The notes: generated by a model not told the origin, from the letters alone. Counted from the first letter of the stretch, positions 34,998 through 54,201 are shown. The stretch is 64,000 bases of DNA from Amoebidium appalachense (GCA_963693365.1 CAVNZM010000008.1:1922001-1986000); one strand, 5' to 3'. Program-made: numbers and translations.

Positions 34998-35047
34998 TTT
35001 ATATACTTGGAGGAAATGGATTCTCAACATCCAAGACATATGATTGG
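34998..35047 (-). promoter_or_regulatory. TATA (TATATAAA) and CCAAT boxes of the trypsin gene
   Basis: TTTATATA at 34998-35005 and ATTGG at 35043-47 on the + strand. Both are conserved in the duplicate promoter (CCAAT 39326-30, TATATAAA 39375-82). Confidence 0.65.
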
Positions 35048-35613
35048 CTTTCAGCTTTGTCAAATCATGTCAATCCATAAAACAAAGCCATATGATTGGT
35101 CCTGTTTATCCGGAAAAGCAGCCTTTTATCTGCAGTGCTAGTATCACAGTTTGTTTACTCGTTCCAAACTCCCCCTCACTCATGCAGTCACGTTGACAAG
35201 TTCACTGTGACTGATTGGACTCCCTTGTTTACCCAGGAAAGAGTCTCCGTGACTTTACGTTGATGGGCATCATCGCCCAATAGGGAATGAATGCTTCCGA
35301 GTAGACATCTTTTGAGGCTTACTACATGTACACGTCAATCGCCCAGTTTTCTTCCGGGCCGCCCACGTGCACGCGCATGTGCCACTAAAGATCCAAACGA
35401 ATATTGACACAAAGGACTCAGCGCACGCAGGGGCTTTCACTTCCGATGACAGGAGGCCGTGCCGTGTACGTAACTCCGCGAACCTTGGGGTGCCTTCTTG
35501 GGGCTTAGAGACTGAGATGGCCTTGATGAGCGAGGAACGAATTCCAAGTCAAACAAACACACACACACACACACAGTCCCACAGGACATGTGTGTGTGTG
35601 TGTGTGTGTATGT

Positions 35614-35691
<78 letters not shown>

Positions 35692-35738
35692 GACACTGTG
35701 TGTGTGTGTGTGTGTACATGTGTGTGTGTGTATGTGTG

Positions 35739-35773
<35 letters not shown>

Positions 35774-35946
35774 GTCTGAAAGGGGAGGAATGAAGGAAGG
35801 CACGGATTTGTTTTAGATGTTGTTCCGTTTCAGACCCACACTCTCCCACACACACATGTAAAGTTTCACGCACACACAGACACACGTGCACAGGCACACA
35901 CAACCACGCATGCACGCATGCACGCGCGCACGCACGCACACACACG

Positions 35947-36031
<85 letters not shown>

Positions 36032-36087
36032 ACATACAAGTAAACACCCCCCACAAATAGACACAAGTAAACCCCCCCCACACACAA

Positions 36088-36134
<47 letters not shown>

Positions 36135-36172
36135 CACACAGGCACACACGCATGCACACCCGCACGCACACA

Positions 36173-36221
<49 letters not shown>

Positions 36222-37783
36222 CTTCACACACAATTCCCCCCCAACCTTTTGTGCCCCTTTGATCTTCCCGCCATCCCCACGATGATGAATACTGTACTCT
36301 GTGCCTGCCCTGCGCTCTTCGTCGTGAATTTTTACATACTGCGTACCCTGTATTATAGTCTGCCCTCTCTCCTTCCCCCCCTTACCCCCTCCCTCCCCCC
36401 CTCCTTCTCTCAAACAAAAGGGGAAAAAAAAAAAAATTAGTTCAAGGTGGACTCACTCCTTTTGCCCTAACGCCAACCCATCTCAGAAGTTCCGTATACG
36501 TATGGGTTCAAACAACTCATAGGAGCAAAGAAGAAGGAAATTGCTTTATTTCCGAACTCTTTGTTTATTATGTTGTGACCCGAAAGCTATTACGTTGACT
36601 CCCCCCCCCCTCCCCCCTCCCCCTTCCCATCCATCTATTTCCGCCTCAGACCCCCCCTCCCCCACGCCCCCTTCTCTCCCCTCTACCTCCCCCTTTCCCA
36701 CCCCCCTCTCTTTCCTGTGCGCTGCACCCGTCTCCCTCTTTCACCTCATCATATACGATACCATGGTGGTGGTGAGCTAGTTACCAGGAAAGGCTGTGTG
36801 TGTGTGTGTGTGGCGGGCAGGGGGGGGGGGGGGGGGGGGGAGGGGACAAGGGCGAGGGGGCCAGTTTCCCCACGACCGGGTGTTCAGGGGCCCCCTCTCT
36901 GTGTTCCGTATCCACTGTCCTGCGGTAGCGACGAGTTCGCTGCCCTACCCAAAGATTTTTTTTTCAGCCACAACTATCATGCTTTAGCAACAGTCCTGCG
37001 TTGTAAGTGGCAGTGATGATATAAATGATGGTGAACTGCGGATATTTATCGCAGCCAACTTGGGTGTTCTTTCTTTTCATTTTTGCAGCGAGCAGGTGGG
37101 CAAAGGCGCGCCCGGAGGGCACGCGGGGGGGGGGGGGGGGGGGGGGGAGGAGGAGGAGGGGGGGGGGGGGGGGGGGCATTGGTGTATTACAATTGCCCAG
37201 GTAGACCCTTGGAACGATGGGGTACAGTATTCGAAATAAGCGCAAATTATTATCGGCATTTCTTACTTTAAACCCCTGCAGAAAGGCTTTTGCCACAGTG
37301 ATTCATACAGGGTTGATTCGCCAAAAACCAATCTGATCTTAGCTTATTCTAGCACCCAAAGGGGGGGGAAATTGTTTTTTTGCGTATACCAAGGCTGGGG
37401 CTAAATCAAGATAAACAGGGGGAGGAAGGGGGGGGGGAGAGGGGAGCGTGGGGAGGGGGGGGGGGGGAGCGGGGGCCGGGGGGGGGGGGGGGGAAGGAGG
37501 GGAGACGGGGGGGGGGACGGCGGGGGGCGCCGGGGGGGGGGGGGGGGGGGGGACTTCCATGTGTACAACTAGATTATCATCTGACAGATGGTAGTTTTTT
37601 TTTAGCGTCGAAACATAAACTCAACACGAGCCAAAGAGACTCATCTGTATCACATAAGAGACGGCATTGTGTGTGTCTGTGTTTGTTACAAGTCAGTCTG
37701 ACAAAGTGTGTGTGTGGGTATGGATAAGAGTGCTCTACATGTCACCGTGTGATCGAGCGCATAAAATATTTTTGTGAGTGTGC

Positions 37784-37976
<193 letters not shown>

Positions 37977-38537
37977 GGCACGAACACTGTCACATGTTAC
38001 TGGCGTCAGCGCATGCATGATTAGTGGCCCAACCTCAGGGCCTGACGCCTCTGCGTACTGTATGCACAAGGTATCATCGGTGATTGCAATGTACGGTGAG
38101 TGCACGTGTCACATACACCTCATAACAGTGTATCCCCTCCCTCCCCTTCTCTCCCCCCCCCCCTCCCCCCGGGGCCGCTCCCCTCCACGCAAACACACAC
38201 ACGCACACACACACCCCTCCCATCCTCCCATATCAGTGGCACGTGCACCCTCCCCCACCAACCCCGAGGGGGGAAGGGGAGGGGAGGAAGGGAGAAGGGG
38301 AGGGTTTTCGGGTATGATAACGATCCCTTCATCCCAGGAACCTTTTTCTTCTACTGTGTACTCCGGATTTCGATTTATTATAAGTGAACCACCCCTGTGA
38401 CCTTACCATAACGGGAAGTTGATCTGGTTATGAATATGTAAAGCGAAGGCTACCCAATTGCAACATGCCCCCCCTCTCCCCCTACCCTCCCCGAGCTCCC
38501 TTTTGGTCCCGACCCCCCCGCCACCCTCCGCCCGCCC

Positions 38538-38625
<88 letters not shown>

Positions 38626-38649
38626 GTGCGTGCCTGTGTGCGTGCGCGC

Positions 38650-38771
<122 letters not shown>

Positions 38772-39052
38772 TGTGTACGCGCGTACGCCGTAAAGTGCAT
38801 GCGCGTGTGCGTGTGTATTGTTTCGTTCCTTTCTTTGGGCCGCCTATCATAGGGCTCTAGACTTCAAGAAGAGACCATGTATAAGGGTCGCAGACCTCGC
38901 AGGACTTTGTACGCGGCATTGCCTCCTGTCTTCGGAACTGAGTAAAAGCCTCAGAACCTACGGGTTGCTTTACCGCGTGCAATATTAAGGTGGAAGAAAG
39001 CTGTGTAGGATGTTGGCCTCAAAAGGTGTCTGTTCCGAAATACCCATATTGC

Positions 39053-42740
<3,688 letters not shown>

Positions 42741-43423
42741 GGTGCTTCTTAGTAGCTATTTACTGGAATGAAAATCTGCTTTTAAAACAACACTTCTTGT
42801 GCTTTATAGCTGCCATTTTTTCCCTTCTAATATGTATATATATAGTCTTAAAAGCGCACGCGTGAAATGGCGGCAAAAAGGCCATCAACAATCGGGCTGG
42901 TCCCGGAGTGCAAAAATTGTTTACAACACCAAGCAGTGACACAAAGCCCAGAGCCGTAGGTAATTTATATCCCCCCCCCCCCCCCCCCCCCCTCCCTCCC
43001 CCCTCCGCTGCCCCTCCCCCCTCCCCTCCCCCCTCTCCCTGCCGTGACCTGACGGGGAGAGGGGAAAAAAAAAGAAAATTTCGAGAAAGAAAGAAAGAAA
43101 GAAAGAAAAGGGAATGCTGATTTCCCTGATCATCCCAATGACTCCAAGAACGAAGTAACCCAATCAACCCCATTGTCGCCATTTTTCAAAGAGCCCGCGC
43201 TAAGTATGTGAGACAAGTTTGCACATCGTGCCTATGGAGGCTGTTGCAATACAGCCCAACATATGGTTGTCTTGTTGCCTTATCTGAGATCGAGGCTGGG
43301 CTTTCCTTTCCTTTTCTTTTCTTTTTTCTTTTTTTTTTGGAGGGGGGGGACTTGGGCGGGCAGGCCGCGGGGGGGGGGGGGGGGGGAGGAGGGGGCTGAA
43401 GGGAAAGGGGTGGGATTGTGTGT

Positions 43424-43478
<55 letters not shown>

Positions 43479-43642
43479 GGGGGGGGGGGGGGGGGGGGGG
43501 GGGGTTAGGGGGGGCCGGGGGGGAGAGAGGCCAAGGGGCAGAGGGAAGTAAATGACGCAGGATTTGATGTGCCAAGTTTTCGTTTGTTTTGTATCTATTT
43601 ATTTGTTCATGTGGCCATACTCAACTTCAGTGGCTTTTTTTT

Positions 43643-43688
<46 letters not shown>

Positions 43689-43692
43689 GGGT

Positions 43693-43730
<38 letters not shown>

Positions 43731-43896
43731 CTGGAGGGAGAATTGCTGCTCTAGCGTCTGCTAGCTTCAAGCTTGACGTAAATCATCCAAAACGACACCT
43801 AAAAGACCTAAAGCCTCGAATATTGCAGGTGGTTGTGTACTGTGGTAACATGCAAGTTGATCAATAGTATGCGCTCTCATTCCGGTAATTATTATT

Positions 43897-43939
<43 letters not shown>

Positions 43940-44943
43940 CCTGCCCCCTGAGGCCCCACAGACGCAAACACACACACCACCACCACCACCACCATCACCA
44001 CCACCACCCCACCACCACCACAACCACCAGTGCCACCACCACCACCATCACCAGAAAAATAGGGGGGGGGGGGGGAAGGAATTCAAGTGAATAAAACCGG
44101 TTTTTGGCCCCAAAATTCAGAGCTTGGGGCACTCACAACCACCTACGTACAGCTCGTACAGCATTTACCTCTGTGCTCTACCAACAGCCACAGCCCACCG
44201 GCGTGGCTGGGGTGAATGCCCTGAGCTAAGTGTGTGCAGATAGTTGGGATTGTTTAAAGGTGTGATAGCTTAGCTAATAATACCGTAGCACCCTAGCTAG
44301 AGTACGTACTGTCGGTGCTGGGTGGAAGGCGGTAGTTCCCCCTGAGGGCCCCAAGGGGTCCTCCGGGTCCGGGACCCGGGAAAAAAACGGGATAAAACAC
44401 CAATAGCTACACAACACCGTAATTAATACCATGGTTAACTTCCCTGCAAGAGACCCAAATGAGATTGTAAGCCTCGAGTAAACAGTGTAAATACCAAACA
44501 CACTATCTATATTGCTCTTCGGATTCCCCACCCACCGGTACCCAGGTGCACCCTCCCCCACCCCATTAACCACCATCACCATCCACAAAATAGAAGATTC
44601 ACTTTCTCACCATCACCCAACACTAGCTAATATCGACGCAACCGCCCAGGTATCTACCCATGCATTCATTACCCTCCGGATCCACGTCCCCGGCCCTGAG
44701 GCCCCTCTCACTTTCCCACCCCCCGTTCCCTTTCCCCCATTTTCTACTGAGCTACTTTAAATCGTGCACTTCGGTGCAGCCCTACCTACTTTTCGTCCTC
44801 TTTAAATCATGGGATACAAATCATTCCTCGTTCCTCTCTCTCTCCCCCCTAGGCCTCCCCCCTCCCACCCCCCCCCCCCTCCCCCTCCCCCTTCCCCCTC
44901 CCCCTCCCCCCCCCCCCCCCCAATTCCGGGCCATTCCCAGACC

Positions 44944-44974
<31 letters not shown>

Positions 44975-46193
44975 ACCACCACCACCACCCATATGTGTTG
45001 TAGCCGCGCAGCGACTCTTACACGTGGCCCGTTAAGTGTGTGTGTGTGACACGTCCTAAATACACATAGATCTAAAGGCCAGTCTACCAGAAGAAGAAAA
45101 AGGAAGGGGGAGGGGGGGGGGGGGAGGGGGGGCGGGGAGGGGGGGAGGGGGGGGGGAGGGGGGGGGGAGCATAGTGGCATTTCGGACTGGCTGAGTTTGT
45201 AGCGGTGATCATTCCCCTGAAAAGCGCTTTTTAGGTCGTGAAACTTATATTTCCTGAAAGCTTATGGTTTTTATATATATTGTTTTGTGAAAATAATAGT
45301 ACTGCAGGCAGCGCTGCAGTCAAAAAAGGTTCCCGGCAAGGTCACAAAACTAACCCTTTATGGTTAGCAACCTGCCAAAAATGGCGCGTAAATACTTGGC
45401 TATTTTTGATTGGGTACCACCTTCTATCATGCTGGGAGGGGGGATGCTCAAGTCACAGGCGCGAAAGAGTTTTTGGCGGGAGATTACTGAGCAGCGGCCC
45501 GGCCCGGCGCCCAGGGTTTGCGTTGACTCGTATCGACCCAAAACACGGTTAAGAAAACCCCGCAGTACGGTTAAAAGGGGGCATTACATTAGTACATACG
45601 ACCCGGAAGGGTGTCAAAATGCTCGGGATTTGCTTTGCCTAAATACGATTAAGAGCGCCAAACCCAGCCGGCCGATCTGAAGGGCCAAAGAGCCCGCATA
45701 CCAGGAGATAAAACTGACGTTTTTCGATTGGTTCGCAGTCGGTGTAGGTACAGTAGGGTTGAGTGGGAGCCTCAGGCGAAGTACAGACCGTTTGACTCAA
45801 GTTACTCAACCAACTACTGTTTTGTTGCATTAGTAAATACATATACATCGTCTTTGCCATGCAGTAACCATTATTGTTCTTTTATTGATTAGGACCGCAA
45901 ACTCTTGGGCTTATGACAAAAATAGTTTAATATGATTGAAACATCCATGTATGTGAGGGCGACTGACGCTCGGATCTCGACGGTAACAAACAATCGCTAG
46001 GGGGACATTCCTGAAGATTACGACACAACTATATAAACGCCTCCACCACAGGTCTCCAAATCATTGTGTCACAAGCAACTCGGCTACCTAGTCACATCCT
46101 CACCACACACGCTACATTTGCAGTTCCCGTAGCTTACTTATTTACAATTTTTCGATCTAGTGTCCTATTTCCGTCTTTTTTTTTCTTCTGAAA

Positions 46194-48395
46194 ATGGCGA
46201 ATGAAAATAACGTAGCAACCTGTGAGGGTCAAACCTCCAAACAGGTCAACGTCGCGCATGAAACAACCAGCACCAAGCGTGTGGCTTTCGCTTACGCACT
46301 GTTCTTTATGATGGGCATATCGTCGTGGCTGCCTGTCAACGCCATTTACTTGCAGATGGTAAGTGTTTGTTTGTGGGGGTCATTTACTGCGCATGCGCAT
46401 GCATCACGGCTATGTGTGTGTAATAACAGCGCTTCACTTGGTCGCAGTATGTTGTGCTAAATTTATTGATAGCAAGCCACAATACTGGTCAGATGTCCAT
46501 GCCTTTACTTTCTCGTGTGAGATTGGGTCCACTAATAACACTATCGGTAACACTGTCCCTTATCTAACCTCACGCATACCACATTGCAGCCGTTTTACTA
46601 CGAGAATCTCTACACCTACGCTGCAAGCATCAACTCCGGCATCTCCTTTGCCATTGTGGCAGCAAACATCTTCCCTCTTGCAGTCATGGTCCTTTCTCGC
46701 TACTTCAAACTGCCGACAAAAACGCTCATATCCTTTGTTCTCACCGGCGCCATCATACTCTGCGCTCTCTTTGGAGTATACTGCTACCTTCTGAAAGGCA
46801 GCACGTCAGCAAACTTTTGGGTTTTGGTGCTTTCGTCTTTCACCGCTGGTTCCATTGGCTGCTTGACAAATGTTTTGTACTGGCCTTTTGCCTCCAATTT
46901 CAGTCCCGTTATCGTCAACGGTCTCTCTGTTGGTACCTCTTTCAGTTCTATTTTTCCCGTCTTAGTTGATACTCTTCAAGGACTCGGAAGTGAGAGCGGC
47001 GCCACACGTGTTTCCATCTTCTTCTACATTATGAGCGCACTGTGTGTGATTCCTTTTGTCGCCTACCTCGGCATCTGCTTTCTGCCCTTCATGAAGAACT
47101 ATGCAAAATCAAACTCTGTCGATAGCATTGCGAGTATCGAGAGCTGCCCCGTCCCTGAAATTATCTCCAACACTGGTGCTAATTCGCAGCCACCCAACTA
47201 CCAGAGCATGGAGAAGAAAACGGATGTGTGCGCCGAAAAGGAAATGGCTGTTGCTGAATTTTCGGAATTGAAATGTTGGCAGTTGAGGCATTCCTTCCCC
47301 GCCACCGTGACCCTAGTGCAATTTGTGAGCTGTATGGCCCACTTTTTTATCACCAGTGTTAACTCATACCTGGTACCATGTGGTGCAAACTACAGCGAAT
47401 GTTTTACCATTCTTCTGCGTGTTGGGATGATCGGCAGCCCAATTGGTCGCCTTATGTCTATTTTTATCAAAAGGTACGGTACACAGAGTTTTGATCCCCT
47501 TTTTACTCGTTGCAAGGCACAGCACTCACAATTACATGTAGCCTCTTCTTTCTCCCTTTCTCTCCCTTCCGCATAATTTTGACCCCGTGTTGCACGCACA
47601 ACTTGAACACGCATGTGAAACTTAGTGTTAGAATGACATTTCCCCAGCAACAAACAACTGTGTGGCTAACACGAACATTTCCACCACAGGGCACCACACG
47701 GTCTCCTCTTCCTTCTCCAACTTGCACTTATCGCATTTATGTTTTTGGCCGGACGGCCTGGTGCTCTGAGCCCCATCGTGTTGTATGTGCTGAGTGGATT
47801 GGAGTCTCTTGTATTTGGCTTCAACAACACACTCATCTACCAGGGCGCAGCTAGCGGCGCCCACATGAAGGTGTGTAACTAAATACAATCCGTGCCCCCC
47901 CCCCCCCGCCCCCCCCCCCCCCCCCCCCCCCCCTCACACACACACACACACACACACCTGCTCACCCCCTCCCCCATCTTGGCTTTCCGCCCTGCGTGCC
48001 CTTCCCCCCTCGCCCCTCCCCCCCCCCTCCCCCCTTCTCCCCCCCCCCCCCCCCCCCCCCACCACCACCTTCCTTCCTCATGATCACAATCCCTCCATTT
48101 ACTCTGTTGCCCTTTATACCTCCTTCACTCTTCACTCTCTCCCATGTGCCATACACGATCACACACACACACTCAACCTATGAAGGAAAACGTTTCCAGA
48201 CGACCGGCCAAAATATACAACACCCACAACTTACAAACGTTTTTTCGCCCACAGAACCAACCCAAAATGATTGGTGGTCCCGTAGCAGCAGACAGCTTCC
48301 ACCTGAGCCGGACCCTCGGCTTTGTCGAGCAGATGGGATCGACCGTCGGATCCACACTGGCCCTCGTGCTCTCACTCACACACGTCATGGTCTAG
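46194..48395 (+). CDS. SLC52/RFVT-like riboflavin transporter family membrane protein, 4 exons
   Basis: Exons 46194-46358, 46590-47473, 47690-47870, 48255-48395, GT-AG and in phase. Motifs ALFFMMGISSWLPVNAIYLQMP, GSIGCLTNVLYWPFASNF and C-terminal GFVEQMGSTVG resemble SLC52 (LFGMGSWxxVNGIWVELP, GVAIQVGSLLG). Multiple TM segments. TATAAA at ~46032. Confidence 0.78.
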
Positions 48396-49045
48396 TCACG
48401 TGATTTCATTTCCTTAGAAGGCAAGCCAATCATTGGGCCTTGCCTTCGTGAAATGCGACTTGGCTTGTGTGATTAGACAGTCAGAAAATTTCCGTGCAAT
48501 GGTGCTTTTTTTTGGGTATGAATGGAATTGTAAAGGTGTTGTGTTAACTACTAGCCCAACGTATCTTTGAGCTGAGGGCATCTATATATTCTCGGGTCAT
48601 TAGTGTTAATATTAGAACACCCTGCTGGTCAGGGTTTTAGATTTAAATCTCATCTGTAGCGACTAGAATTACACGCTGCCATGTACATTAACACCGTTGA
48701 ACGCAAATAAACCAGGATGAATAGGCCTTAAATATTTTAGCACAAGCTGTGTGAAATCTTGAAGAATCAGGGGCTAGCGCATGGCTCTATCCCTCCCCAG
48801 TCCCCATCCTTTCCCGTAACACAGTCTCTCTCTCTCTCTCCCCCCCTTTCCCATCTCTGTCTGTCTCTCTCCCTCTCCCCCCCCCCCCCCCTCTCTCTCT
48901 CTCCCCCCCCTCCCCCCCCCCCTCTCTCTCTCTCCCTCCCCCCCCCCCCCTCCCCCCCCCCCCCTCTCTCTCTCTCTCTCCCTCTCTCCCTCTCTCCCCC
49001 TCTCTCTCTCTCTCTCACTCTAATACTGTCTCTCGCGTCTCTCTC

Positions 49046-49086
<41 letters not shown>

Positions 49087-49264
49087 CCTCCCTTCCCCCC
49101 CCCCCCCCCTCTCTCCCTCTCTCTTTCTCTCTCCCTCTCTCCCTCTCTCTCTCTGTCTCTCTCTTTCTCGCTCTCTTTCTCGCTCTCCCCCTCTCTCCTC
49201 TCTCTCTCAATCTCTACCCCCCCCCCCCCCTCTCTCTCTACCTCCCTCCCTCTCTCTCTCTCTC

Positions 49265-49297
<33 letters not shown>

Positions 49298-50124
49298 TTC
49301 CGCCCCCATCCCCCTCCCATCGGCTCCTCCCCCCTCCCCAAACAGTGCCTCCCCCTCCCTCCCCCCCCCCCCCTCCCCCTCCCCCCCCTCCCCCCAACCC
49401 CACCAAAAAAAAAAAAAAAACTGAGGACAGAAAAGATCGGAGAGGGGACTGCAAAGAATAAAAAATAACTAACGTTCTTTCCGTGGAGTTGCAGTATAGA
49501 AAGACTATGTTGTAGTAATAACCTGAGTCAGCACATCAGGCCTGCCTGCAGGCCGTGCAAGGGTGGTGAGGTGTTGAGAGGTGTGCGTTGTGCGTGTGTG
49601 GTGATGGTGGTGGTGGTGGGGAGGGGTGGAGGGGACGAAGGGAAGCGGGAAAAAGGGGGGGGGGAGGGGGGAGGGGGGGAGGGGGAGACCCCAATCTTCC
49701 CAAACACGCCAAACATCTACCCCTCCACCCCCCTTCACAGATGCCTTAATCGTGCTGCCTCCGCCGCCCCCCCCCCCCCCCCCCCCCATCCCCCCCCCCC
49801 CCCCCCCCTCCCTCCCAATCCACCCCTCCCCCCCTCCCTCCCTGCCAGCCCCTTCCCCCACCTTCCTCTTTGTCCGTCGCAAATGTGTACGTCGTGCTCT
49901 GTAACCCATTATCTCCCCCCCCCCCCCCCCCCCCCCCTCCCCCCTCCACCCCCTCCCCCTTCCCCCCCCCCCCCCCAACGGCACCAGCCCCACCCACCCA
50001 GAAACCATCACCACCACCGCTGCCACATAGACACATGCGCGCACGCACACATGCATGCACGCACACTCGCGTGCACACACACACGCTCGCGCAGGCGCGC
50101 ACACACACACACGCGCACACACAC

Positions 50125-50191
<67 letters not shown>

Positions 50192-51190
50192 TGTGCGCAG
50201 ACGTACGCACACAGCTTACCCTATGAAAAAAAGGGTGGGTGCCAGTATGTATATTCCGAATTCGGCAAAAAAACAACCATACATCAATTGTGAAACTCCT
50301 GGGGTTTCTCTGTGCACTGGGGTTATGAGTAATGCCCCATTTACCAATGCCGTGACGAGAGTACAATTTATCCATCCCCCCCCCCCCTCCACCCCCCCCC
50401 CCCCCCCCCTCCCCCCTCTCCCCACCTTCAAAACATCCCACCCAGACACACACACACACAAACACACCTTGCCTGGATACGTGTTATCGTCCGAACCGCT
50501 TATAATCGACAGGTATACTGTGGCATACCCAAAGATCGCCCACTCACATCTGCTAACCAGTATGGTGATAAAAGCAAAACAGAAACAGATCACTCGGCCA
50601 ACTTGCAGAGTTCTCTCTGTTTTCTTCGGTTCAGAAGAACGTAGGGTAAATGTAACTAATTGAAGGCGGGCTTTTGGGCCAGGGGAGGGGGGAGGGGGGG
50701 GGGGGGGGTCCCGTTACAGCAGGTGTGCAAATTCGTTGCAGGCAGCCGTTACCCGGATGATAATGACCAATTCCTCTAACAATATTTGTTTCCATCTGCA
50801 TGTCTTCAAGAGGCTACAGCCGTCCAATAGTCTCCTCCGAGCCCCCCCTTCCCCTCTGCCCCCTCCCCCCTCCCCCTCCCTCCCCTTCGGAATCCCTCAA
50901 CCGCCTCCCCTCCGGCTCCTCCCCCCCCCCCCCCCCCCCACCCACACACCCACCCCGGCCCCCGCCCCCCCTCCAATCTACCCCTAGAGGCCGCCCCCCG
51001 GCCGTGCACGTGGCACATCATGTGATCGTTCCGACATTGGCCAGACACCAGGCAGCGACTTGATAAATAATCCCGCCCCCCTCACCCCCCCTCCCCCACT
51101 TAAACCACCACCACTACGACCACCTGCCCCCTCTTCTCCCCCCCCCCCCCCCCCCCGCCCCTCCTTCTCCTTCCCCTCTCCTCCCCCCCC

Positions 51191-51221
<31 letters not shown>

Positions 51222-53132
51222 ATCACCACCACCACCACCATTACCAACACGGAAACAAAAGACAAAAAAACAAAAAGTTCACCAAATGGTATCGAGTGTA
51301 TCAGCTTGCTACCTACAATAAACACCTGTACACCACTTTGCAATTCGCATCGTCCCCCCCCCCCCCCCCCCCCCCCCCCCCACTCCCCCCCCCCCCCCCC
51401 TCCACCCCACCCCCCCCCCCCCCCCCCCCCTACCCCCTCCCCCTCCCCTCCCCCCCGGTCCCCCCCATCACACACACGCACACACACCATCCCCACCCCC
51501 TTCAATCTACCCCTCCTCTATCACCACCTAAGCTTCTTCTTCGATTTATGTTATTGCACTCGAGATACTATTAATAGAGAAACTGATGGCACCACTGTCA
51601 CTGCCCGGTATCAGCATCATGCACCCTGTCATCATTACTCCCCCCCCTCCCCCCCCCCCCCCCCCTCACCTCCCCCCCCTCCCCCCCCTTCCCCTCCTCT
51701 CCCCCCCCCCCCCCTCCCCCCCCCCCCCCGACCCACCCCCTCCCCCTCCCCCCCCCCCCCCCCCCCCCCCCGGGCCCACTCTCACGTTCACACCACCCCC
51801 ATCCCCGACATGTGCCCCCTCTCCCTTTGGCCACTTGAAAAGCCCACCACGCCCATTCGTGTTTTTTAATTGTTGTTGTCTACTGGCTCTCAGAGCTTTC
51901 GTAGTCCAATGGAAGGCCACGATACGCAACATAGAGCACATGCTTCGTCTGTGGCTGTGAGATTACTGCGTCACAAAAAAAGCATCCACTATCAGTCGGT
52001 CATACGGGCGGGCTTACACAAATTGACCACACGTGCACGGAGGGAGCAGCTGAAGCACAAACAAACCCCGGCGTCTCAGTGGATGTACCCAGGCTCCCTA
52101 GATCACAAGCGATTTTATTGGTTAAATCAACAGCCAATCAGATGAGAGAAAAAAGATACGGGATATAAAAACCCAATGGATGAAGCCTTTTGTAAAGTTT
52201 TGTTGCCTTGTAAAGGAAAAAATCCGTTGACGATCTACCGTGATCACCATACATCGATGACATGTAGCGTATTAGGCTTGGCGAGTGCGTCAGTTAGGTA
52301 TTACGGTAGAAATTGAATTTAAACACAGCTTAGTAAATAAACACGAAATAAGTGCTCCAGCTAGCACGCAAAATGTCTTTTATAAACGAGTACTCCCGGC
52401 GGCCGGGGATAGGATTTTAGATCGTGAAGTTCCTGTCCTGGGCGAACATTGAAGTTGTATGCAAACTTTCAGGTCACAGGCGAACTAAGCAACCGGTGCT
52501 TGGGTGAGAATATGAATTCGCCACTTCAGCAGTAGAGTTATATAAAAAATATACAGTAAAAATCAGCGAGAAACTGTGCTTTGAACACTTGAAAGATTCG
52601 AATTATTTAGTTACTCAGGAATTTGCAGAGAAGAAAATGCATCCCTGATGGGGGGGCTCATAGTCATAACGAGGCTTTCAACTCTAGGCACATTTTGATT
52701 GGTTTATATTTCGGGAAACTGGAACGATTGGTCCGATTTCAACCTCGTCGCTATCTCTCAGCTGAATTATGATTGGTGTGTCCAGATTCCAAAGATCTGT
52801 GTCATCTCTATATAAACCTGCACAACCCCTTAGAACGAGACAGTCAGTCAGTCGCCTTTCGCGTAGTGCAACAATCAAAAAGTGAAACATTACGTTCAAA
52901 CATCGAAGAAGTAGGAGGGTGTAACAACACAGAGAGATAATCTTGTTTTCTAGTGCATTTATTATGTCTAGCATAGAAAATTGAGCACCAATACTTTGGC
53001 AAACCCACAATCAGGGTTTTCTTAGAACTCGAACCGCTCAGCCTGTATTCTTCACCACTTCCCGAGCACTTCAGCATTCTGCCTAAGTACACTAGGCCTG
53101 GTTTCCGTGAGGACAGGCACACACCGCGCACA

Positions 53133-54201
53133 ATGTTTTTTCCTTCTCTATTTCTGAGCGCCTTGGCGCTTAGCAACACTGCATTCTCGGCGCCCACCGA
53201 GAAACAAAAAAACAACGATTCTGACGTAGTCACAGTAGAAATTGGTCTTAGAACGTTGGTTTTGTACAAAACACCAGATGACAACCAAATAGCACGCCTT
53301 GTGCTTGACGGGTACGGCACACAGTTCGATTTGTTCAACACTGTTCCGGACCTCTCCACCCCCAGGTGGCACTCTATTGTCGTCACGGACACGAGCATAA
53401 ACAACGGAGACTTCACGCCCATCCGCGACTACGCGCGCAAATACAACATCCGCATTGCCTACCTCAACATGGATTCCGACCCAGACCCTATCATTGGAGT
53501 CCAGCCAGCCGGCAACTGGTCTGGTGCCCAAAGTGTTGTTTTTGACGCGCGCGGCGGTACGGAGCAATACGCGGACATTATGAACATTAGCGGGTACTGG
53601 GATGTGTCGCATAAGATGCAGGGCGCACAGGGATACACCATCGTCAACAAAACCTCCGTCATTCCTTTCATGCGCTACACCAACGGCACCGTGCGCACCA
53701 AAACCGGCCCGGTTGCAGCCTTTGTGACGACTCTCCCCTCAGGCGTAGAGGAGATGCATTTTGGTTTTGACGCGACGGTCAACGAACTAGTTGATGGTGC
53801 AGAGGGTACCCCGTACAGAGACCAACCCGAATATGTTATTACTGGCAACTTCACCAAGTTGAATATGGCCCTGGGTAATGTTTGGTTCCAATGGATCACC
53901 CGCGGTGTTTACCTCGGCCAAAGGCGGCTCTTCCTTCACATGCAAGTAGATGATTGGTTTGCGCAGTCTGACATTTACGGCGTGCCGAATATCACGTTCA
54001 GAATCAACAACACCGATGTGGAGAGGACGGTCGAGTACGTGCGAACTGCGGTGCAGAAGCACGGTCTTGCTGCTGGCTCGTATGTGCGCTTTGAGGCTGC
54101 AATCAACGGAGCTTTCCACAGCGCAATCAACCTCGAGCAAAACCCAGGTGGGTACTGACATAGCCTATGCACATGTTTTGGGCATGTGTGCAATATGCTG
54201 G

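Noticed and set aside
34902-35063. 54-aa N-terminal extension of the trypsin ORF in the track
   Set aside because: It overlaps the TATA/CCAAT promoter, and the signal-like sequence begins at ATG 34901.
44200-44760. Possible 5' end or ORF1 of a retroelement
   Set aside because: The frame is stop-interrupted with no recognisable gag, RT or endonuclease motif and no boundary repeats.
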